Assembly: GCA_049970055.1 (NCBI GenBank)
Contig: JBMFNR010000001.1
Location: forward strand, 480,001-544,000
Direction of reading: 5' to 3'
Length of the DNA: 64,000 bases
DNA from: Fervidobacterium sp.
GTDB lineage: Bacteria > Thermotogota > Thermotogae > Thermotogales > Fervidobacteriaceae
The notes under the pieces are model-generated. The model had not been told where the DNA came from. It saw nothing but the letters and a program-made list of their open reading frames with translations, and did not search any database. Within the stretch, counting starts at the first letter, position 1, and each line of letters begins with the position of its first letter. Below are positions 57,887 through 64,000 of this stretch, piece after piece. The position numbers and the translations under genes are program-made.

Positions 57887-58444
57887 ATGATTGAAGTAGG
57901 TGATCTTGAAAAGGGGATGTACATTAAGTACGAAGGCGATATTTACAGAATTATTGATGTGAACAAACATTTCAGAGGAAGAGGCTCAGGTTTAATAAGA
58001 ACTAAGCTCAAAAATCTCTCAACAGGTTTGATAAGAGAAGTGAACTTTGCCAGCGGTGAAAAGGTGGAAGAAGCGGAACTTTCTTTTAGGAAAGCTGAAT
58101 ACCTTTACAACGACGGAGAAAACTACTACTTTATGGATTTACAAACGTACGAACAATACGCGATCCCTGGAAACGAAGTTGGCGAAGATAAGTACTATCT
58201 CGTTGAAAATACACAAGTAGATCTTGTAATGCATGATGAGAAGCCGATTGGTATAAACCTACCAACTACGGTAGTACTTGAAGTAATTGAGACAGAACCA
58301 AACTTCAAAGGTGACACGGTGTCTGGTGGCGGAAAACCCGCACTTTTACAAACAGGTTTGAAGATTTCTGTTCCTTTCTTTGTAAACGTTGGTGATAAGA
58401 TAAAGGTGGATACGCGAACAGGGGAATACATTGAAAGAGCTTAA
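57887..58444 (+). CDS. efp: elongation factor P
   Basis: [31 protein letters not shown]. Confidence 0.96.
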   Translation: MIEVGDLEKGMYIKYEGDIYRIIDVNKHFRGRGSGLIRTKLKNLSTGLIREVNFASGEKVEEAELSFRKAEYLYNDGENYYFMDLQTYEQYAIPGNEVGEDKYYLVENTQVDLVMHDEKPIGINLPTTVVLEVIETEPNFKGDTVSGGGKPALLQTGLKISVPFFVNVGDKIKVDTRTGEYIERA

Positions 58445-58498
58445 ACTGCTAGGAAGATTGCAACTTGATTTTGTGCTCTAAAAAGAGGGGGGAAAGTC

Positions 58499-58813
58499 AT
58501 GGGAAATATAACAGTTGCGGATAACGTTATTATAGAAATAACATACAGGTCTCTCTGCTCTGTATACAATGTGCAACCAGACGATAAAGAATTTAAGAAA
58601 CAAAAGAAAAATATTTCTGTCGAAAGAACCCCGGAAGATAACGTTATAATAAAAGTCAAATTGGAGGTTCCGTATGGAGAGAATATCCTCGAGTTTTCTA
58701 AGAATGTTATGAAAGTAATATCTGAAAATGTGGTTCAAATGACCGATAAAGTAGTTGAATCGGTAAATGTTACTGTTGTGAATGTTTTCGAGAAGGCAGA
58801 GACAAACAATTAA
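58499..58813 (+). CDS. Asp23/Gls24 family protein
   Basis: GNITVADNVI, YG, MT..V..VNVTV; typical efp-asp23-nusB context. Confidence 0.8.
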   Translation: MGNITVADNVIIEITYRSLCSVYNVQPDDKEFKKQKKNISVERTPEDNVIIKVKLEVPYGENILEFSKNVMKVISENVVQMTDKVVESVNVTVVNVFEKAETNN

Positions 58814-58850
58814 CTTATTGACATTGCTTTAAGACAGGAGTGAAAGTGAA

Positions 58851-59276
58851 TTGACATCAAAAAGAAGGGTACTACGAGAAATTGTAGCTAAAATGCTCTT
58901 TCAGTACGACTTCAGACCGGACGAAATTGAAGATATCGTTCGTGAGGGAACAGAGAAGATAAAAGATAAAGAGTTGAAAAACGAAGTCATTAGGTATGTG
59001 AACAACATCTTTGAAAACATTGAAAAGATTGATGAAATAATTTCTCAACAGCTTATAAATTGGAATTTTGATAGAGTATCTTACTTAGAAAGAAGCGTAC
59101 TTAGGCTCGGCACGTACGAACTTTTATACGAGTTAGATATACCTATTGAAGTGACCCTCGACGAAATGATAGAGATAGCTAAGAAGTTCGGTTCGCAAGA
59201 GAGTGGAAAGTTCGTTAACGGTATCCTTGACAGGATTGCAAAAAAGTGCGCACCAAAAGAAAAATTCAGTCTTTGA
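58851..59276 (+). CDS. nusB: transcription antitermination factor NusB
   Basis: RR..RE...LFQ, NW..DR, LRLG.YE, AKKFG, FVNGILD. Confidence 0.95.
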   Translation: MTSKRRVLREIVAKMLFQYDFRPDEIEDIVREGTEKIKDKELKNEVIRYVNNIFENIEKIDEIISQQLINWNFDRVSYLERSVLRLGTYELLYELDIPIEVTLDEMIEIAKKFGSQESGKFVNGILDRIAKKCAPKEKFSL

Positions 59277-59355
59277 TTTTTTACTTTCTTATATTGTTAC
59301 TTGGTGTTGTTGCTTTGTACGTATCTCAAGGGGTAGGGGGTTCTCGTTTCTTCTT

Positions 59356-59880
59356 ATGAATTTTGTAGAGTTATTAATTGTGCTAATGGTTTCATCAATT
59401 ATTATTTTTCTTGCTTTAGATAACTTAACACAAGTTTTGAACCACACCATGTACATATTGCAATGCAATCGGATAACAATTTCAACCTTCCATATGTTAA
59501 ACTACATTCGATATGATTACATTCAACACTCAACTGAAAATCCACAGTTACGTCTTTCTTATCCGCTATCTAACCAGGGAGCTATATCTTTTTACGAAAT
59601 TCTCGATGGACAAAAGAAACTTGTCAGATATAGAATTGTCCGTTCGGCAGGCAAGAAATTTTCTTTGTACAGAGAGACTTACCTGACCATTGGAAAATCG
59701 AAGATTCTCCTTAACACTAGAAATATTACTCTCGATGATAGTATCACCTTTTGTTTGGGTGATGATGAAAGTCACGTTATAATTAGGAGTGACACGTACG
59801 GCGACGTAAAACTCCCAATGACCCCACCGAACGTGGTTATAAAAAACATTATCGTGAAAGCAAAAAGTGATGAGCAATAA
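59356..59880 (+). CDS. hypothetical protein with pilin-like N-terminus
   Basis: MNFVELLIVLMVSSII hydrophobic helix with Glu5; start uncertain. Confidence 0.5.
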   Translation: MNFVELLIVLMVSSIIIFLALDNLTQVLNHTMYILQCNRITISTFHMLNYIRYDYIQHSTENPQLRLSYPLSNQGAISFYEILDGQKKLVRYRIVRSAGKKFSLYRETYLTIGKSKILLNTRNITLDDSITFCLGDDESHVIIRSDTYGDVKLPMTPPNVVIKNIIVKAKSDEQ

Positions 59881-59895
59881 CTGTGAGGTGGCACA

Positions 59896-60714
59896 ATGAA
59901 ATTAGGTCATATATTAAAGAAAAACCGAACAAATATTATGGGTATAATAAATCTAACACCTGATTCATTTTACGCCAATAGTAGAGTTGACGAAAGTAAT
60001 CTGCTTAAGAAAGTGGAGGAAATGATCGCAAATGGTGTTGATATACTCGATATAGGTGGAGAAAGCACAAGACCTGGTGCAGAACCGGTAAGCTTAGAAG
60101 AAGAGTTAAGACGTGTGATACCCGCAATTCGGGTAATTAGAAAGTATTTTCAGATACCTATTTCCGTAGATACTTACAAATCTGAAGTAGCCAGAGAGGC
60201 TTTGGAGGAAGGTGCTGATATAATAAACGACATAAGCGCGCTTAGAATGGACGAAAAAATGATAGATGTGGTAAGCCATTATAATTGCCCGGTCATACTT
60301 ATGCATATGAAAGGTACACCGAAGACAATGCAGCAAAATCCGCAGTATGAAGATGTTGTAGAAGAGATCGTTGAATTTTTCAATGAACGCATAAACTTTG
60401 TAAAGAGCCATGGCGTAGAAGAAATAATTATAGATCCTGGTATAGGATTTGGGAAAACACTGGAGCATAACTTAGAGATACTTAGAAGAATTGATGAATT
60501 TAGAAGACTCGGCTATCCCATATTAATTGGTGCAAGCAGAAAATCCATGATCGGTATGATACTTGACAAACCCGCAGAAGAAAGACTTTACGGAACCCTC
60601 GCGATAACCGCTTATTGTGCTTTGTATGGTATTGAGATAATTAGAGTTCATGATGTGATGGAAAATGTTGAAGTTGTTAAAGTAATAGAAGCAATCAGAG
60701 GGGTAAAACCATGA
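59896..60714 (+). CDS. folP: dihydropteroate synthase
   Basis: MGIINLTPDSF, GGESTRPG, DPGIGFGK, SRKS, RVHDV. Confidence 0.96.
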   Translation: MKLGHILKKNRTNIMGIINLTPDSFYANSRVDESNLLKKVEEMIANGVDILDIGGESTRPGAEPVSLEEELRRVIPAIRVIRKYFQIPISVDTYKSEVAREALEEGADIINDISALRMDEKMIDVVSHYNCPVILMHMKGTPKTMQQNPQYEDVVEEIVEFFNERINFVKSHGVEEIIIDPGIGFGKTLEHNLEILRRIDEFRRLGYPILIGASRKSMIGMILDKPAEERLYGTLAITAYCALYGIEIIRVHDVMENVEVVKVIEAIRGVKP

Positions 60715-61448
60715 AAAACGCAGGTGATGGAAATTTGGTCAGGTTGGACAGATACCTAGCGAATGCATATGTGGGAACAAGAAACGAAGTTAAAAGGATA
60801 ATAAAAGAAGGTAGAGTGTCGGTAAATGGCCATGTAATGAAAGATTCAGCGTACCACGTAAACCTGAATGATAAGATTGAATTGGATGGTAAAGAGATAC
60901 TACCGCATAGAAAGGTTTATATTTTGTTGCACAAGCCCTCTTGTTATGTTTCAACTACGTCGGAAAATGAACCAAGTGTTTTAAATCTCATTGAACACCC
61001 TTATTTAGACGAACTTCACATAGCGGGTAGACTTGACAAAGATGTTGAAGGATTACTTATATTAACAAATGATGGCGATTTTACACATAAATTGATTTCT
61101 CCAAAAAAGCACGTAGAGAAGGAATATTATATCTACACCGATGTCCCCGTTATTGTTACTGAAAAAATGCAGCAGATGGTCTTGGAGGGTATAGAAATAG
61201 AAAAAGGTTTAAAAACGTTACCTGGAAAGATAACTCAAATTGAAGAAAAAGTTATCTCAATTACGATCGTTGAAGGTAAGTATCACCAGATAAAAAAGAT
61301 GTGCAAACATCTCGGAATTTGGTGGAAAAAGATTGTACGCGTTCGGATAGGTAACTTACAACTTGGTGAATTAAAAGTTGGTCAATGGAGAGAGCTAACT
61401 GAAGAAGAGATAAAATGTGCGATATTTGGAAAAAACGAAATTGTATAG
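60711..61448 (+). CDS. RsuA-family pseudouridine synthase
   Basis: S4 domain RLDRYLA; HKP, GRLD, EGKYHQIK. Confidence 0.92.
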   Translation: MKNAGDGNLVRLDRYLANAYVGTRNEVKRIIKEGRVSVNGHVMKDSAYHVNLNDKIELDGKEILPHRKVYILLHKPSCYVSTTSENEPSVLNLIEHPYLDELHIAGRLDKDVEGLLILTNDGDFTHKLISPKKHVEKEYYIYTDVPVIVTEKMQQMVLEGIEIEKGLKTLPGKITQIEEKVISITIVEGKYHQIKKMCKHLGIWWKKIVRVRIGNLQLGELKVGQWRELTEEEIKCAIFGKNEIV

Positions 61449-61463
61449 CCACATATTCAAGAT

Positions 61464-61492
61464 AAAAGAGCGGGGAATAACCCCGCTTTTTT
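61464..61492. terminator. bidirectional terminator
   Basis: AAAAGAGCGGGG-AATAA-CCCCGCTTTTTT. Confidence 0.8.
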
Positions 61493-62537
61493 AGTATGTC
61501 ACATGCTCAAGTTTCAAATACTTTTTCGTGCTGCCATTGTTGAAGAAAATCTCGATTGTATGTTCGTTGGCGGGCGAATCACTTTCAAATGTAATGATCC
61601 ATGAGGATTTCACGTAATCTATTATTCCAAGACTTGTAAGGTCGATGTTTCCTTGCTCATCCGTATATTTAATCATACCTCCTGTTTTCTGGCAAAGTTC
61701 TCTTGGATCTTCAGGAGCTGAAAAATTATCATCGCTTGGAGTATAAAACTCATAATCTGGCACAAAGGCACCGTGTATTACGAAATGTCCAAGGAGTGTG
61801 GGGAACATATCAGTCTTGTCGAAGTGTGCAAATCCATCACCGTCACTTTTGTAATGCGATGGTGCATCAGTTATCAGTATCATTACTTTTTGGGCATATG
61901 GCCTCCACTCAAGAGCTGTTGCTGCAAACATTATACCGTCGTAATCGTTTTCATACCAATCCCCACCATCCCCTGCGTAAAGTTGCGAAACGTACTCTTT
62001 TGCCTGCTGTGGTGTTGTCAAGGGTAGATATGGCTGATTTATTACAATGTCACTTGGTGGATTCACATAATCATCAAACGGAATTACTCCTATTCTCACA
62101 TCCAATCCACTTTCTTCAAGGGCTGTAGCAAAACTTATTATGCTGTTCTTAACGCCTTCTATTTCTTCAGACATACTTCCAGTAACGTCAAGTATAATAG
62201 CTATGTCAATCTTATTTCGCACGTTTGATTCCTTGTAAACAGTGAATCCTTGGGCCTTATTATCTTCAAAAACTTTAAGATCACCAGCTGTGATATTTTC
62301 GACTTCTGGAATGCTAAGTCTTACTTTTACATATTCAGGCACCGTTACTGGTATCAGAGCAGGTTCCAAGTCGATGCTTCCATATATTCCTTCGCTCGAA
62401 TAATCTGCAATATCTGGTTTAGTCATTCCTGTAGGATCGGGTGGTATGGTTCTTGGCACCGTTGGAATGTTCGAACAACTATACAGCAATATAGCTAGTG
62501 CAGAAATTATTAAACCCAAATAAAAAAGCTTTCTCAT
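61491..62537 (-). CDS. vWA-domain lipoprotein
   Basis: Lipobox-like LYSC; MIDAS DVTGSM; GGD..E; ITDA. Confidence 0.82.
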   Translation of the reverse strand: MRKLFYLGLIISALAILLYSCSNIPTVPRTIPPDPTGMTKPDIADYSSEGIYGSIDLEPALIPVTVPEYVKVRLSIPEVENITAGDLKVFEDNKAQGFTVYKESNVRNKIDIAIILDVTGSMSEEIEGVKNSIISFATALEESGLDVRIGVIPFDDYVNPPSDIVINQPYLPLTTPQQAKEYVSQLYAGDGGDWYENDYDGIMFAATALEWRPYAQKVMILITDAPSHYKSDGDGFAHFDKTDMFPTLLGHFVIHGAFVPDYEFYTPSDDNFSAPEDPRELCQKTGGMIKYTDEQGNIDLTSLGIIDYVKSSWIITFESDSPANEHTIEIFFNNGSTKKYLKLEHVTY

Positions 62538-62550
62538 AAACCATCACCCC

Positions 62551-63033
62551 TCAAAATCCAATGCCTATGCCTGCACTTATGGCATAGACACCTAGCGAAC
62601 GAAATGAAAAAGTCATGGTAGTCATTCCCTCAACGAAGAAAACAATTCCAACACCAGATCGCAGCCCGACCTTTAGATGGAACAAATCTTCCGAATACAG
62701 TGAAAACTGAGTATTTGATATATCAAATATAACTATGGGCGATGCACCTGCATAGATAAGAGTTGGCCCAAGTGGAATTGCTAAGTATAAGTAAGGATCA
62801 AGTTCTACGAACTGTATTTCCTCAATGTTCAGATTTTGCAAATGCTCAAAACTTGGTAACGGATAATACGCTTCTACCATTAAGGAAATACCACCAGAGA
62901 GCGTACCGATACGGGCTCCTATGAACGGCCTGTTTTTGCCACCTACTTCCAACCCACCAAGCATGGAAAATTCAAAGCTCAAAGCAAGTGTAATTGAGAG
63001 GACTAAAAAACTAATAACCCAAGCTTTTTTCAT
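62551..63033 (-). CDS. small exported protein, probable outer-membrane beta-barrel
   Basis: Signal peptide; alternating beta pattern; ends SAGIGIGF; RBS GGAGG before ATG 63033. Confidence 0.6.
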   Translation of the reverse strand: MKKAWVISFLVLSITLALSFEFSMLGGLEVGGKNRPFIGARIGTLSGGISLMVEAYYPLPSFEHLQNLNIEEIQFVELDPYLYLAIPLGPTLIYAGASPIVIFDISNTQFSLYSEDLFHLKVGLRSGVGIVFFVEGMTTMTFSFRSLGVYAISAGIGIGF

Positions 63034-63157
63034 AGCATCACCTCCCTTAGTATGGTCCATCCAATTGTTAGACAACTGGAAAAAAAGTTTAGTTCTTAGA
63101 TTTATATGAATTTTTTGTAACATCATATCTATACATTAGTTACAAAAAAATAAAGAT

Positions 63158-63194
63158 AAAAAGCAGGTCCCCGAGAAGCGGGGGCCTGCTTTTT
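63158..63194. terminator. terminator downstream of hsp20
   Basis: AAAAAGCAGGTCCCC...GGGGCCTGCTTTTT. Confidence 0.75.
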
Positions 63195-63230
63195 AATAGT
63201 TCGTTTTGAATACTTTTTCTAACAAACACA

Positions 63231-63656
63231 TTACTCTATTTTGACCTCAAGTGCGGGCTTTTCTTCTTTTTTCTTTGGCATTTCGAGTGTGAGTACACCG
63301 TTGTTGTATTTTGCTGATATCTTTTGTACATCTACGTAGTCTGGTATAATGAATGCCCTTTCAAATTTTCCAAAACTTCTTTCGACAATTCTGTAGTTTC
63401 TGCCTTTTTCGTCCCTTTCAGTCTTCTTCTCTCCCGAAATTTTGAGTACACCGTCTTCAACTGTGATCTTTAGTTCATCTTTCTGTACACCTGGTATCTC
63501 CAGTTCAAGAACAACTTTATCGTCTGTTTCGTAAGCATCTACTCTGGGATAGAAGTCAAAATCTGCTCGCAATGGTTTCATGAAATCGTTGAAGAGTCTG
63601 TCAATCTCTCTTTGAAGTTCCATAAATGGTTCGAAGTAATCCCTTCTTGCTAACAT
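63231..63656 (-). CDS. Hsp20/alpha-crystallin small heat-shock protein
   Basis: PRVD.YE, EIPG, ERSFGKFER, AKYNNGVL. Confidence 0.95.
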   Translation of the reverse strand: MLARRDYFEPFMELQREIDRLFNDFMKPLRADFDFYPRVDAYETDDKVVLELEIPGVQKDELKITVEDGVLKISGEKKTERDEKGRNYRIVERSFGKFERAFIIPDYVDVQKISAKYNNGVLTLEMPKKKEEKPALEVKIE

Positions 63657-63730
63657 AATCCCACCTCCACAATCTTAAATTTGTTACCATTATTTTTTGA
63701 CATTGCTTTTTCCCACCGAACTCCAACTGT

Positions 63731-63759
63731 ATTATACTGCATTAGCAATCGGTTGTCAA
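63731..63759 (-). promoter_or_regulatory. sigma70 promoter of hsp20
   Basis: Minus strand TTGACA-N17-TATAAT. Confidence 0.85.
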
Positions 63760-63768
63760 GAGTGATAA
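63742..63768. promoter_or_regulatory. CIRCE (HrcA operator)
   Basis: TTAGCAATC-N9-GAGTGATAA, two mismatches from TTAGCACTC-N9-GAGTGCTAA. Confidence 0.85.
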
Positions 63769-63882
63769 AAGCACATACGAAAAAATAGAAAACGTTTAGT
63801 AGACAATAGCATACAAGCCTTAAATATATATGTAACTAAAAATTTTAGCAAATGTTACGTGAAAGTGATAAGTCGTGCTTAG

Positions 63883-63911
63883 AAAAAAGCAGGTGCTTCA
63901 CGCACCTGCTT
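63883..63911 (-). terminator. intrinsic terminator
   Basis: AAGCAGGTGC...GCACCTGCTT with a U-run on the minus strand. Confidence 0.7.
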
Positions 63912-64000
63912 AAATACTTTTGTATATCTGAAATTTCCTGTAATTATCAAGATCCAACTTTAAGAAATTTCTTTGATCAATCTTTCGACAAGTAACATTC
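63910..64000 (-). CDS. 3' end of an unidentified CDS entering from beyond the window
   Basis: Open frame ...LKLDLDNYRKFQIYKSI* ending at a terminator. Confidence 0.35.
   Translation of the reverse strand, partial: NVTCRKIDQRNFLKLDLDNYRKFQIYKSI

Overview
AT-rich bacterial chromosome segment, probably Thermotogota and Fervidobacterium-like. This is inferred from an SLH/coiled-coil toga-anchor-like protein, DisA, a peroxiredoxin-nitroreductase fusion and the asd-dapF-dapA-dapB-dapH-lysC gene order. Contents in order: a Wzy-type polysaccharide locus (1-12.5 kb) with a giant multi-SLBB export protein carrying an exact 225-bp tandem duplication; csp and tRNA-Asn; cell-wall genes; several 2-oxoacid:ferredoxin oxidoreductases; a DAP/lysine biosynthesis operon; glyA; disA; a long glk-skp-lptB-...-efp-nusB-folP operon; and CIRCE-controlled hsp20. 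No CRISPR array, IS element or prophage was seen. The strongest unexplained signal is the leader of the lysine operon (36.0-36.3 kb). It does not look like a lysine riboswitch. It has an unannotated 40-aa leader ORF with a Lys-codon cluster and three mutually exclusive hairpins (protector, antiterminator, terminator), i.e. a complete candidate ribosome-mediated lysine attenuator for a DAP-pathway operon. All product calls come from motif recognition by eye; no searches or folding programs were run.
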